Made by a program: the position numbers and the translations under genes
Shown here: positions 24,712 through 39,766 of the stretch, one piece after another
Layout: each line of letters opens with the position of its first letter
How positions within the stretch are numbered: the stretch's first letter is position 1
The notes under the pieces: generated by a model
The model's database searches: none
Told to the model about the DNA's origin: nothing
What the model saw: the letters and a program-made list of their open reading frames with translations, nothing else
From: Octopus vulgaris
Lineage: Eukaryota
Direction of reading: 5' to 3'
DNA: 64,000 bases
Assembly (NCBI GenBank): GCA_951406725.2
Contig: OX597816.1
Location: 51,584,001 to 51,648,000, forward strand

Positions 24712-27343
24712 TAATTTGGTAGATCTGAAGAAGGAATTTTATTCCGAAATATCATATCAGACTATGGATGACTAAATTACAACAGGTATATAGTCCATTG
24801 TTTGTATTATAGTGCATTGTTGTACCATTCAAAACTCTTTATGCATTACAAACAATACACAATGCTTCAAGCGAACTACAATACTCTCCTACTAGATATA
24901 ATTTTTTCGCAGTTACACCCTACCGTTTAACTATAACTACCTCGAATGTGTAGTACATAAGATTAATTTTTAAAAATGTGATGGCAACTGTTGGAACACC
25001 ATTGCTAATAGTCATTACAATCACGGATAATTTGAGATTAAATATAAGAAAGGAAAACCGACACGTAGTCGCTGTACTCGTTAGAAATAATAGGAACATC
25101 TCCCAAATATCTCGTACCTCACTTTTTTAATAATTGCATAAACTATTGCTAGAGAGACAATTTCTGAAGCAGTTTCGGGGTGGTTATGGATGGAATATAT
25201 CCAGAGAACTATACGATCGGGTACGATGAACTAACCTCATGCTAAACATTTCTTGCAGTGGCACAAGGCCACAAATACGATGAAAAAATTCTAGCTAATA
25301 TCATTCAACAGAGATGATTGCGTGTACTAAATATGAAACTAAGAAGACTGTCTCTAAATTCTGTGTCAATAAAAAATGCCGATTTCGATGGAACTAACTT
25401 AGTTTAAAGAGCATTGAAAATGAAACCAAAGCGGCGACCACTGTATTTTCTGATTATTAGAATTGTTCATACAAGTTGATTTAAATAGATTGCGACTGAA
25501 ATGTTTGGCAAGTAATGCTTAAATTAATATTGGTTTTAAAATATTTATGTTTGCTCTAACCTAATTGAGCATATAATTTTTACATTTGCTGTAGTCTAGT
25601 CAAACACAAATTTTATTGTATTACTGCAGCCTCAACCCATTCATAATAACATTTATAAGAATAAAACGTCCAAAACTATGTTACGTTTAATAATCCTGCT
25701 AGTATAAATATATCTTCTACAGTACAATGCTGCTATGGCTACTGATCAATAATGCGATATCATAAAGTGGTACAGTGCCAGCCGTGATGGAGTACCACAT
25801 TAAATTCTCTGTGTCAATTTATTTCATAATTTTACATTTCCAGTTCAAAGTGTATAAGAATAAATTGCTGTTTCCATTAATCTCACATATAATGCATATG
25901 TGTGTTTTGCTATATCCACTTGATAGTACGCGACCATTAAAGAATGTATATCAGAATCTTATGGATTTGAGGCTACAACCAGGAAATTAGCATGGACGAA
26001 TTTAAAATCCGGTCCATGGTGGCTTAAAATGACGCTGTGCTTTTCAGAAACTCTCACACACGCAAAGATGATGCCATCCTCACTTTATTCCTCCCTTACG
26101 ACCTGCACCGAAGTGTCATCTTCATGAAACCTAAATACCACACACCAAATATGTGCTGCGTTCATAATCAGACACCTTGGAAAACTCCGTTGGAGCATTG
26201 CTAATTTTATTCCCGCCTACTGTACAATGACAATGTCACTACATCATCTCAAGGAAATATTATCGAATCTCTCAAAAAGTGGATACTCAAAACTAGAACT
26301 TTCAAGATCACAACGGATGCTAAATCGTATCATTATTGAGGATCTCTCTTAAGGAAGGCACATACTCAACATAGACAAAAAGGCTTTATGAAGAGTTATC
26401 TTCTTTAGATAAAGCTCTCACGAACTACTAACTTACCAGATAGTTGAGATAAAACCTACAATTGAAAACTGCCCCGTGTCTTTAGAATGTACTTGTACTA
26501 CACGATTAGACATCTCAGACTGCATAAAAGGGCAAAAGATTTCGACTAATTGGCACATAGAATTGTTGTTTCCATTTAACTCTTTCTCTACATTTTGCTA
26601 CAAATTATGCAAAAGTCAATGACAGAGCTCCTAACTCCGGTGCTAATAAAATAGGAACCAATAATACTCTGGATTCCAAATACACTGAATTTACTCATTT
26701 ACCTTCAAATTATGGCCAATCGCAATTCAAACAAATCATTAGTCCTGATTATAAGATGTAATTCTAAATATATTTGTACTTTTATTTCTGTACTATTTAT
26801 TTATGTACTATTTTATGTTCTCCATAAAAATAATATATTCTATTGCAATAAAACTTGGCGCACGTAAGTTTTCTTATCGTAGACACGATAACTCTGTATT
26901 CCTAGATGTCTTCATATGGTGATTCTCAGATCAGTAGTTGTAGGTGATTGGCACGAGATCAGTAGTTGTAGGTGAAAGAAGACAAACTCTTAACTCGATT
27001 CGATCACTTAATTGTTATTTACTTTATCGATATTGAAACTACAAAAGGCAAAGTTGAGTTAGCGAAATACCGCAAGGAATGTTTCTACTTATATTGATAT
27101 CCATCAACTTCCATGCATGTTTCAGATATACTAATTGCTTTCACTGTTTAACTGCGATTGTCTTATATTCAAACTGTATTCCCAACATTTCTTTGCGTGG
27201 ACGTGTTTTCTGGCTTTTATTTTCTGCTATGTAAGAATCGATCGATAATATTATGTTTGTTAAATTTTGAAATATAGTTGTTTGATAAGACCATATTTCG
27301 AAATATTAACCTAAATTTTCATAATGAATTTTCAAAAAATATA

Positions 27344-27560
27344 TGTGGCTATGTGATAAGACGCTTGCTTTCCAATAACATGGTTCGGGGTTCATCCCAT
27401 TGCGTGGCACTTTGGTCAAGAATCTTCTACTATAGCCTTGGCCGACCAAAGCTTTCAGAGTAGAATTGATAAACGAAAACGAAAAGAAGTCCGTTGTATG
27501 TGTGTGTGTGTGTGTGTGTGTATGTGTGTGTATGTGTGTGTGCATTTATGATTGTGTGTC
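27344..27560 (+). mobile_element. SINE family A 5' part, diverged
   Basis: tgtggctatgtgataag...catggttcggggttca...cttctactatagccttggccgaccaaagc. Confidence 0.8.
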
Positions 27561-27923
27561 TTTGAGTCAAATGCCGATTATATGAGTCAATTTACGTCTT
27601 GTGCCCTCATTCTCTTCATATTACGGCATTATTTCGGCTCGTAAATACTACACATTTATACAGGCCGAATAATGTCAAACGAAAAAATTAAACACGTATG
27701 CATAATAGTTGTCTCGTTGTTTATTGATCTCAGCGTGACAGAAGTTTAAAGTCGACTACAGAGGAGTTTTTAAGTCAGAATGAACAGCGATAAAATTTAT
27801 GTTGTGAAGAACTTAGTTCGGGGTTCTAGCGTCAGCTTATTCCATTACAATACGTTGTAATATGTTTCTAAATTTGAAGGAAATAGAGTAATGAATAATC
27901 TCACTTACTAGTGGTGATGACAG

Positions 27924-27956
<33 letters not shown>

Positions 27957-28371
27957 CGGCGACGACGACGACGATGCACTTCTACTGATGCAAGAAGTTC
28001 TTCAAATGAGATTAATGAAGGAAGGCTATAGATCGAAGATCACCCTGGCCATTGAAGGCGAATACCTTTTTCCAAGTGTTGTTGTGCCACCGATATACTT
28101 AAAGTAGGTTCCATCAGTGTAACTATTTCCGTCATAGCAATCCAGTGTTTGAAAAATTGATTGTGGGACAGCACTTCCTTCACCTTACTTTCTAAATAAA
28201 ACTTGAAGGCTTCACCAAACAGCAGAGAGGGATGAGACATGTATATATTCTGAGTGGCAAAGAGAGAGAGAGAGATGGACAGAAAGAACTTGTTAAGCGC
28301 AAAGTCTAAATTAGAGGTCAGTATAATCGAGTCAAGTGATTTTGATTCTTAACTGAACTGTTGCTTATTCT

Positions 28372-28790
28372 TATTTCTTTACTGCCCTCAAGGGACAAAC
28401 ACAGGGGGAGGGACAAACAAGGACAGACAAACGGATTAAGTCGATTATATCGACCCCAGTGCGTAACTGGTACTTATTTAATCGACCCCGAAAGGATGAA
28501 AGGCAAAGTCGACCTCGGCGGAATATGAACTCAGAACGTAGCAACAGACGAAATACCTATTTCTTTATTACCCACAAGGAGATAAACACAGAGAGGACAA
28601 ACAAGGACAGACAAACGGATTAAGTCGATTATATCGACCCCAGTGCGTAACTGGTACTTAATTTATCGACCCCGAAAGGATGAAAGGCAAAGTCGACCTC
28701 GGCGGAATTTGAACTCAGAAAGTAACGGCAGGCGAAATACAGGAAAGCATATCGCCCGGCGTGCTAACGTTTCTGCCAGCTCCGCCGCCA
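28372..28790 (-). mobile_element. SINE family B dimer with 15-bp TSD
   Basis: Units start at 28372 and 28558; actgttgcttattct at 28357-28371 and 28792-28806. Confidence 0.92.
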
Positions 28791-29892
28791 CACTGTTGCT
28801 TATTCTATCAAAGCTAGAGGGATAGAATAGAAATTGGACGTTGACGCTATTTGGTCTCAGAATATACAATAATACATGCTGCATGTTCATTTGCTGGTCT
28901 GATTTCAAATCCCGCTGATAATGTCGTTATTTGAAAATTGGAATGTTTTCTCACCGAGGCACAAGGTCTCACATTTTGAAGGAAGTGATGATACACGATT
29001 AGATCGACATTACATGCTTGATACTTAATTTATAGAATACTGGATAAATGAAACCGCGGGGAGAATAAAACTTACACGTAAATGGACGTAATTAAATATC
29101 GTAATTCATTTCAGTTGGTGTAGGTCCATTAATAATTTTGATATTAGTATACGTATTACTATTGTGAAGATATATTGCTTACGCACATTCAACGAATACT
29201 GCCATTAAAATTTGTGTTACTCCTAATTTATCATTTACAAAATTGTAACTAATGTAATGTAATATTGCCACTAGAGAAATATTATTGCTTATTAAGTATG
29301 TTAACTTATATCAATTCATCACAAGGTTAGAACATGCAATTGGAATGTGAGCCTGGTAGTCTCACAAACTAATAAACCGAGAGAAATGAGAAAATAAAGA
29401 GAGAAAGCTGTTAAGGTTTCGTCCATAGTTGATAGCTACTAAGTTAACGTCTTAAACTGACAGTCTCAAATGTGTGCCCAATATAGAAATACTGGTTAAA
29501 AGTTTAATGCTTCAAAATTGTATCTGTTTAGTTAACATTTACCCTTTTATTTTAACGTTTACTTTTTAAGGAATCTCTGGGAAATCAACGGGGAACAGTT
29601 TGGGGATGCGATAAGGAAGGCACTGAAGGCTGTGAGGAGGATATTAGAAATATGAGAAACGGATTGAGAGGTTTAGTGTTAGGAGTCTGAAGAAGCTCAA
29701 CTGACCTAGAAGAAGTATTTTGAATCACCTTAAATTCTGATACATACCTACCTATCCAAAAATACTCACATACGAACATATACATATGCATATACATATA
29801 GATATACACATATATATGTGTGTGTGTGTGTTAGGTGGATGGTTGTGTGTGTCTGTGTGTATGTATATATATACATACATATATATATATAC

Positions 29893-29957
<65 letters not shown>

Positions 29958-30443
29958 AATAAATGAAAGAATGGAGTCGAACGAAGATTTTTAACAAAAT
30001 TCCTTTCCTCTCAACATATGTTTCGAAGATTGCATACTCTTAATTCCGAAGGAATAAAGGGTGCGTTATGCCGTCTTCTCACAGTGATTATCACTGTGGA
30101 CACCATGTAGGCAGTCATCAAAAAGTTTTTGTTCCTCTTGAGGCTCATAGAGGTTCCTTGCCTTTCCTGATGAGAAGACGGCATAATGCACCCTTTATTC
30201 CTTCGGAATTAAGAGTATGCAGTCTTCGAAACATGTGTTGAAAGTAAAGGAATTTTGTTAAAATCTTCGTTCGACTCCATTCTTTCATTTATTCATATAA
30301 AAAAAACACACAAATTTCCACACAAGAACACGGGGTTTCTGCTCTTGGAATATAGCTTCAACCGTGTTTTCTGACGTGAATTTGCTACCCAGGTATCGAT
30401 TAACCGAATTATCCATACTAGGATAATTCATTCACCTACTTAA
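29958..30443 (+). mobile_element. Fold-back PLE-type terminal module with ~150-bp tail in (TA)n
   Basis: Arms 29958-30081 and 30171-30293 are reverse complements; tail runs to 30443; (TA)n on both sides. Confidence 0.85.
30162..30244 (+). ncRNA. Type-I hammerhead ribozyme motif with extended stem II
   Basis: ctttc-CUGAUGA-GAAGAC...GUCUUC-GAAAC-AUGU-GUU-gaaag; the left-arm copy reads ACAUAUGU (perfect palindromic stem III). Confidence 0.8.
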
Positions 30444-30479
30444 ATATATACATATATATATATATATACATATATATAC

Positions 30480-30510
<31 letters not shown>

Positions 30511-30532
30511 TATATATGCCTATACATACATA

Positions 30533-30618
<86 letters not shown>

Positions 30619-30631
30619 CATACATATATAT

Positions 30632-30699
<68 letters not shown>

Positions 30700-32432
30700 T
30701 GTACTATACATTTTATTAAAAGCGACTTGCAGTTTTAAAGAACAATTTCATTTACGCAAAGACCTTATCAAAATGCTCACTATTATTGAAAACAATGAAT
30801 TTGATTAATAAGTACAACAAAACCAAAGCAGTACAATATATAAAAATATGTTTCAAATAAGTATTTATACGAAATTTTAATATGTGAGTATGTGTGCGCG
30901 TGCATGTGTATACACATATACGCATAGTTACAATTGATGTGCACAGTTGTATATAATGCAAACACTCTTCTGCATATTAATTGGTCAAGACACCTAATTA
31001 ATTTTCTATTTATCAAAAAAATCTTTTGTTTCGCACAAATATTCAATTTAGTATATTACCATAATGACGTACCTGCCAAATCATGCGCTGATGCAGCCAA
31101 TATTGAGATCTGGCTCAAGTGGAGCGGAAGAGAATAAATAGCCAAAAATGTAAGTGATTAATGGGGAATATAAAAAACGATATTTGATACATTTCCCAGT
31201 CTATATATCTGCTCTAATTGTTATTCATCTTTTATCTGAAACATGTTTTCGATGCTCGTTGTACTTCTTTAAATCAGAGAATATAATCAATTTGTGACAA
31301 AATCGTTCAAGGTTATGACACCAGTGACATGATATGATATGATATATAGTTGCTGTTATATAAAGACACATTGGCTCACATGTTGCGCTGATGAACTATA
31401 GTGATATATATCATTGTGTGCCATATATCAATCTATCTATCTATCTATCCATCATCTCAACTATTTGGCGACTCATCGCTCTTGTTAGTAGGATTTTTTT
31501 TTTATTTATAAACAGTCTACACACACACACATATATACACACAAACACACAAACACACACACACACAAACACACACTCACAAACACACTAACACACACAC
31601 ACACACACAGACACATACACGCATATAAGTATATTTGGAGCCTCTACATCAGTATATCTCAAAATACAACAAAATATTCAAAATGCCAGATTGCAGATTC
31701 CTAACCGCCGCATCTAACAATATACACTCACTCATGCTCTCTCCGAACTACTTCGTATATTCAGATATTAATGTACATCGGCCATTTTAATGTAGTGGTG
31801 CTTTACTGCTTCAAAGCTGCCTGGTATTCTGTTCACGCAGTGAAATAGGAAGAAAAAAGGCAACTAAATTTTGTTTTAAATAGATTTCTTGTCTCGGCAA
31901 ACGTTACACTTATGGTGTTAGGTCACTGGATTCCAGCTTTGATTATGTGCGCATTTATTATGCCTCATCCAGTTTTCTTGCTTTTATTCATATTTATTTG
32001 AATATTATAAGTATATGTAAATTGGTCATTAATGTATTCATAGTTACAGAATCTTTTCAATAATTAAATTCAGATTTTAGTGAGATCTCATACAAATTTG
32101 AATATATTCAAACAATTTATGAGTATAACGCAGCAGTTATCTCATTTCAAATATCAGTTAATATATTCTAAATCATGCCAAGTTGAGTTGTTTTTAAAAC
32201 CCATTCTTATGAAGCTTCATATGTTAATTGGATACTGTTTCACATATCCATAATAAGAGTTTAGAGTTCATACCCTACCAACGGTGTAATATTACGATGC
32301 TGCTGTGTGTGTGTTGCCAACTCAGTACAAGACATTGTAGATCTTTAGCTGGGCTAAAAAGTCACATTCGATCACAGCACCAGTAACAGTTAAGCTTCGT
32401 GCAATGGCCATACTCGATAACGAGGGGAGCAG

Positions 32433-32491
<59 letters not shown>

Positions 32492-33963
32492 GCTTTATTA
32501 AATAGCATACAGATTTGAGATACTATCGATTTCCTGTTAACATGTCGTGAAATTCCCATTTTATTATCATATTGAGGTATTATACATCTTCATCATCGTT
32601 TCTTTCATGGTTTACATTTCTTTTAGTACATAGGTATCGCATATTTTTGTGTAATTTGCTCTCATGTGTATGAGACAGAGTTTTGATAGCGTGTCTTATT
32701 GTCTTAGCCTTAGATTCTAAATTCATTTTTATGGAAAATATCTGCATTTCTACTACGATTATTTCCTCCTAATGTACACCATACTTGAGATGTTAGAAAT
32801 TATGTCTTGGCACTTGACATGCAAGCGAATTTAAAATGTCCAAGTTTCCTTACAATTTACGAGTCGGAGTTTAAGAAATTTTTTATCATCACAATATATA
32901 TTATATGAAGACGTATCAAATGTAGTGACAAACCTATTACAACTTAACCAATATTTTTTTCTTTCGGAAAATTCTATTGTAGTTCTTAGTTCATTAATTA
33001 TTAATTTAAAAACATTAATGATTTCTGATATAAGATTTGACAACGTAAACAGGTTTCAGTCAATCTATAAGAAAAAATAAACACAAAAGAGTAAAAAGTA
33101 GAAATGAGTTCATGTGCCATAGACTCCTTGAACGTTATTCATTTTCCGTATATTATATTTTTCTGCATCGTTACTTTATTGTAAAGACGTATTAACTAAT
33201 ATGTCCTTGATTAAGTTACAGTAAATTTAATTTATTTTACTCACTAATTTTAAAACAACTATACGTTCTGTTAATATTATCCGATTGTCAAATCCCTTTT
33301 TTCAGCCTCCAACAAATTGCTTTGGGATGTAATTTCGTCAGTGTGGTAAGTCGGATGTTATATGAGCACAAATATGTATTTGTGCGAATAAATATTTGTA
33401 GAATATGTAAATGCTCACAAACAAGAACATAACAATGCCTCTCATTTGAGAGAGAGTCTGCAATACCAATGGTTTGAGATAAAGTCATCTGGTGTGGGAT
33501 TTCCATTCAGAACGTTAAAGTTCCTGAACTTAAATATCAGTAATTATTTTGAATCAATTTTCCCTTTTCCTCTTGACCATTATATGGACTGCAATATAAC
33601 AAGTATATCTGTTTATAAATATCAAGGATAGTCTGACCATTACTCTTCGGCTTGTGAACTCCATCATTAGTTTTGAAACATAATAATATTCTTTGTTTGA
33701 AAATGAATACAGTTTGTTCAAATATTTCTAAACATCAGGACAATTTCTATACATCTCATCCCACCAACACTAGATGGCAACATATCATCAAATACAATAT
33801 GATATGAGATTCGTTAAGTTTGTAAAATGACCATCCTCTTTAGAATTATCGTTGTTAATAGCATTGCTATGTTTCTTTGATTTTCATATAAATTGTTGCT
33901 AATCTTCACGTAAAAGGTTTCATTAGTGTATTCATTTGTTTAGCAATTTCCTAGATTACATGG

Positions 33964-34250
<287 letters not shown>

Positions 34251-34639
34251 TGAGATTTTCTTTCAGTCTTCATTCCATTTCTTGCTGAGTGTGTTCCCGA
34301 CACCCGGGGCAAAGAAATTGATAGGCATACATTGATAAGCCATTAAAATATACGCTCCAGATTGTTTGTTTTCAAAATGTTAGAAAACTATTTCAAGTTT
34401 TAAAAAATAATTTTGAAAAAATAATTTTAAAATACGTGCCTAGAGATAGTTCTCACATCGACAAATTTCTTACACTATGTGACAAACCAGTTAAAACAAC
34501 CTTAAACACTTCTTGCAGGGATAGTAAACCAGGGATCAGTGTCAAATAATTTTCAGTACTTTTTTATCATTTCAGATGCTCCTACAATTATTGGTGTTGT
34601 AACCACTTTGAGATGTCACATTTTTCAAATTCAATGAAA

Positions 34640-35432
34640 AAATTTGAAGAGGGGTTACTCCAATTTGGCAAGTCGCGAACGGGGTCACGGAGCGACGGCC
34701 AAGGCGGTAGTAGATGACGGATGCGATGTATGAATTAGCCAACTCCGCTCGGTGTTCCAGTGATAGCTTCCTTGCAGCCCATTTCTGGGAGAGATTGGCT
34801 ACTCTGATCGTCACATCGTTCCAATTCTTATCCACATGGAGGTCTGGTCCTAACAAAACCGCAAGCAACTTTGCCGGTCCGTCTAGCGCCTGACGACACT
34901 GTTGGACGGCATGGACTTGCTTCTCCCGGTGCCGCGCTGCAAGCCCACCGACTTTTCTGGGTTACGTTTTGCTCCCGTCAACTTTTCATATTCTTCCAAT
35001 GATGCGCCGAAAATCACGATTTCTGATGTGGCCAACAGCATCGCGGTGATGTCGTCCGCATAAGCCAACAAAGCCCTTCCGCGTACAGATTCGAGTGGGA
35101 TGTTCTGCAACAGCTTCAGCATCTGCAGTAAATAGTAAAGAGTCAAAACGTACAGAAGGGAGAAGAGAGGGCACCGTTGACGGACGGATCGAGAGATCGG
35201 AAACGGTTCCGAGAGGTGACCATTAACTTTGGCCACCGAGCAGATGCCACTGTGCATTGCAGCAATCCAAATTCTGAAGAAGGGAACAAACCAGCTGCCT
35301 TGAGGACAACCTCCAGGTAGCGATTGGTCGGCCCTATCGAATGCTTTCGATTGATCTAAGTTGATCAGAGGCCTACTGAAGCCAGGTTTACTCGCTGCCC
35401 TTTCCATGATGTATCGCATGAGGTGGGGGTGT
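34640..35432 (-). mobile_element. L1/Tx1-like LINE reverse transcriptase fragment
   Basis: LINLDQSKAFDR, SRSVRQRCP (RQGCP), AYADDI, TGAKRNPEKS, WAARKLSL; frameshifted. Confidence 0.88.
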
Positions 35433-36979
35433 AATTGACTTTATCGCTCCTCCGAAATTGCTGGTCTTGTGTCAAAATTTAAAACCAATATTCATTGTAT
35501 GATATGCAAGTTAGAAATTCTAATTATTCCTATTTGTTAGGAATTGTTATTTTATATAACTAACATTTATATCCTAAAAGAATCATTTTTACTATTTTAA
35601 ACACACTAAAACTATTAGAGTAGTGTTTCATTTATTTTCTAACAGTAGAGTTCACATTTTGGTGTCAAAGATTTTCTCTTCGAACTGACGTTTTATTTTT
35701 GAATTTTCAAACTAAGATATACGTAAAAGAAAAATTTCGAAATTGTGAAGAATAAACTATTTTTCACACTTAATATGTATGTTTTACAAAGATATAACAA
35801 ATAGAATTTATTTCCAGACTTACATAACAGTAGTATAATATAGCAAAAAAATGGATTCGCTCTGCTGATAAATAATGAAATCAATACTGTGAATTCGTGA
35901 GTGATAAGAAGGAAAAACATTTTTTTAATACTAAGTACAGTGTCTCAAGTATTGTAGATTGAAAAACATTATTTTAGACATATCTGTGATCAAAGAAAAG
36001 TCGAGACTAAAATAAAATATATAGAGGGCCTAGTTTTGAGTTAAGTTAGAAGTATATTTGATTCTGTGAAACGAGTGTAGGATAAACGAAAGAAGATAAG
36101 TTAAAATCGAAGTAAACACCACCCTGTATGTGTGTGCGGGTTTGTGTTCATGTGTGTGTATATGTCAGTACACACATGCATACATATAAATGTAAAATAT
36201 GTTATATATGTATATGCGTGTGTGTGTGCGCGTATGTATGTGTGTATGTATGTATTACATAACGTGATATAACATAATATAATATATATATATATATCTA
36301 TAAGTAATAGATCTGGATATGAATGTGTGTGTGTATTTGCACTAAACTGGTAGTTATCTTGCCGTTGACACGTTGCTTAATACTCTGTGGGAAAGAAAAC
36401 AAAAAAACTAATAAGGACACATAAAACAATGAGAAAAGTAAGATTCTTGATTCTGATCGGCTTCCAAGATTTATGAAACTTGTCAGATATAAGAACAAGT
36501 GGTGTCTATGTAATGCCATAGATTTATAATACAATCTTCCTTAGTTTCTCAAACAACCGGTAATCGAATTTTTTTCTGCGTCATTTATTAATGACTAGAC
36601 GAAATAATGCCATGCTTCCAATTTATTTCATGTTGTTTTTAGAAGTTTTATATTTTCCCTTCATATATGGTGAAAGACCTTAAAGCTAAACAAGATTAAG
36701 AACCATATCTGTTCTAAACTTGTTTGTAACAAAATTTCTCTGTCATTAAGTATGTATACATATGTACCTATGAATACAGTTCTTTTGTATTTTCTTCAAG
36801 CAATGCTGAATTTTTTGACTGAAGGAAATGAGTGAGCTAGTTGAATCATTAAAGCGTTGGAAGAAATATGATCTGAGTTCAAATTTGACTGAGGTCTTGC
36901 GGTCATTCCTTCCAGGACGATCAAAACAAAAGTATGGATCGAATATTGTGGTCCACTGAACTACTTCCATAATAATGGA

Positions 36980-36998
36980 ATTATTATTATTATTGCTG

Positions 36999-37087
<89 letters not shown>
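36980..37087. repeat. (TTA)n microsatellite at the LINE 3' end
   Basis: Direct inspection. Confidence 0.95.
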
Positions 37088-38147
37088 TGACACAACAGAT
37101 TGTTCAATTACAAAGTCATGTGTTAGTAAAAGAAGGGGAAGAAACAGAAAGGAGAAAAGGAAACAAGGAAAAAAGGAAAATACATTTAAAAAGAAAGCAA
37201 AAAATAAAGGGGAGAGAAGAAAGAAAATTCACAGCGACAATGCTTTTCTCAATACGTGTGACATACAAGTTAAACAATCTTATGCACTTCTTGTATGTAT
37301 GATAAGCCAGATGTCATCCTGAAATAATTTTCACTTTCTTTTTTATCATTCTAAGTGGTCCTACAATCACTGGTAATCTAACCGTCTTGAGATGCCACAT
37401 CTTTTCGATTTCAATCAACAAATCTTTATATTTCATGAGATTATCAAATTCTTTTGCCGAGATTTTATGGACACAAGGTATGCTCATGTCGATCAATAAA
37501 GAGATTTTATTGCATTGGTCTTTCAGACCAATATCTGGCTTATTATCTTTGATGGTCCGGACTATATGTACTGGAAAGTCCCAAAGAATAGTTACATTTT
37601 CTTCCTCAGTTACTGCCTCAGGCTGGCACTTGTACCATTTGTCAGCAGGTTTGATTTTATAATGCCGACATATTAACCAGTGTAGATATTTCCTAATTCT
37701 GTCATGTCCTGATATGTACCCGACTGATGCTCAAACCATTCACCCGGAGATTAAATGGTCCACTGATTCAATCTCATCATTTCGGTATCAGCTCTTTGGA
37801 TCTACTCCATTTTTCATGACATTAGCGTGGTAATTCCGTATCAATAAGCTCGGATCATGTGCAGCTAAGATAAAGCCTTTGATCTCTGCCTTTAGCCCTG
37901 AGCCCCGTAACCATTGATCGGTGTGTGCTTCTGGTCTACATTAGCTTGTTTGCTACGGGCCATATATTTGCCAAGCAGAGGTTTTTGTTCCCACCTATCA
38001 GCCAATTGTTCAAACGCTTTCGACTTTGCCATTGATTTCATCTTCTTTAAATCAACGGATGCCGCACTTTCATCATGCTCTTCAACGTGGGTATTATGCA
38101 TAAACTCACTGGCAAACTTTTTGCACTTCTTCATGACAGAATGAAAC
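37088..38147 (-). mobile_element. R4/Dong-like non-LTR retrotransposon 3' fragment (restriction-like endonuclease)
   Basis: Minus-strand motifs DHLISG, HWLICRHY, TILWDFP, NKPDI...LIDMSIP, KYKDLLIEIEKMW, SHVLRKALSL-stop (~37229); then 3' UTR and (TAA)n. Confidence 0.85.
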
Positions 38148-38148
38148 T

Positions 38149-38198
<50 letters not shown>

Positions 38199-38850
38199 GC
38201 TGTTGTTGTTGTTGTTGTTGTTGTTGTTGCTGCTGCTGTTCGTGTTCTTCTTGTTGTCGTTCTTCTTCTTGTTTTATATTATAAGAAATTGATAGCTGTT
38301 AACCTCTTCGATTATATGTTTAAAGGGACGTCCTTTCTGATTTCTTTTCTAAATATCCGAAATATACTGCAGTTGATCAACTCATCTCTAGTTCTTTCCT
38401 AAGATTCTAGCAGGCAACTGCGTGTGAGTGGACTCAATATGAATGAGTAAGCGTTACATCTTTGTAAACATATCTAAGATACAAAACAAAAATAGATTTT
38501 TGAAGAGTCAAGAACTCATGTTTCTTATTTACCTGCAGGTTTCATTCCAGTCGGCGTCTAAATAATACTATAGTTCATTACTTCACCATAATTGATCGGA
38601 TTATATAATTTTTGTCTGAGTTGCACAAAAGTGTATCGCTAATAATGACTTCCAGATATTCTATTATCTCTAAATTATACCTACGTCAAACGTGTACGTA
38701 ACACAAGGTCCTATATTCTAAGATTCGCAACAAAGATCCAAATGCAAAACAAGTTCAATTATTGCTACCAGTCAAACACAAGCCCTTAATATTACAACCA
38801 AAAATCCATTCAGCTAGTAATAGATAATGCATGAAGATATTGTATGTGTT

Positions 38851-39184
38851 ATTTTATTCAGGGGCACTGAAGCTTTGACTAAGTCCATCTAATACCAGTA
38901 AGCTTCTCTATTTCTAAATTCTCAGTTCAAATTTAAGCATTAGATATAGAATAGTATGCAATATTCATACGCCATACGTCTCTCAAAATGGCGACGCCAA
39001 TGGTATTATCTTTTTAATACGAAAGTATATGGTAGTCATTTTATTCAGGGGCACTGAAGCTTTGACTAAGTCCATCTAATACCAGTAAGCTTCTCTATTT
39101 CTAAATTCTCAGTTCAAATTTAAGCATTAGATATAGAATAGTATGCAATATTCATACGCCATACGTCTCTCAAAATGGCGACGC
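38851..39184. repeat. Identical 147-bp direct duplication (38851-38997, 39038-39184)
   Basis: No mismatch seen by eye; 40-bp spacer. Confidence 0.9.
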
Positions 39185-39397
39185 ACATACACACACACAT
39201 ATATAAGTGTGTATGTGTGCGTGTAATATATAAGTAGGAGTGAATAAATTTATATATACGGTGTGACTTCAAAATTTTTGAAGGATATGCGCTCATACAT
39301 TTATGTGCAATTTTTGCACATTCACATAAAAACTGTAAATACTTATCTGCATGAAAACCAAGTTGAACGTCATGAATTACGTATATAATGAATTACG

Positions 39398-39429
<32 letters not shown>

Positions 39430-39725
39430 CGTGACCGCCCAGGCTATCAGATGTTGCTACGCCTCGCTGGACACAATGCATTTCGCATTGTTTTTGCCTT
39501 CAAATGACGCCACCCCGCTGGCTAAGCGAGCAGGCCAACAGAAGAAAGAGTGAGAGAAAGTTGTGGCGAAAGAGTACAGCAGGGATCGGCACCACCCCTT
39601 GCCGGAGCCTCGTAGAGCTTTTAGGTATTTTCGCTCAATAAAAACTCACAACTCCCGGTCTGGGAATCGAAACCGCGACCCTACGACCGCGAGTTCGCTG
39701 CCCTAACCACTGTGCCCTTGCGCCT
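39430..39725 (-). mobile_element. SINE family C with alternative tail
   Basis: Head ggcgcaagggcacagtggttagggcagcgaactcgcggtcgtagggtcgcggtttcgattcccag (A and B boxes). Confidence 0.88.
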
Positions 39726-39726
39726 G

Positions 39727-39766
<40 letters not shown>

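Noticed and set aside
26000-26500. Possible decayed coding sequence (Helitron or other TE)
   Set aside because: No diagnostic motif could be read.
26928-26975. 20-bp tandem duplication agatcagtagttgtaggtga
   Set aside because: Ordinary slippage or repair duplication; only two copies, not a CRISPR-like array.
33768-33783. CTCF-like motif cactagatggca
   Set aside because: A single partial match is expected by chance in 64 kb.
39655-39725. tRNA-like sequence with A and B boxes
   Set aside because: It is a SINE head continuing into a repeat body; no complete cloverleaf.
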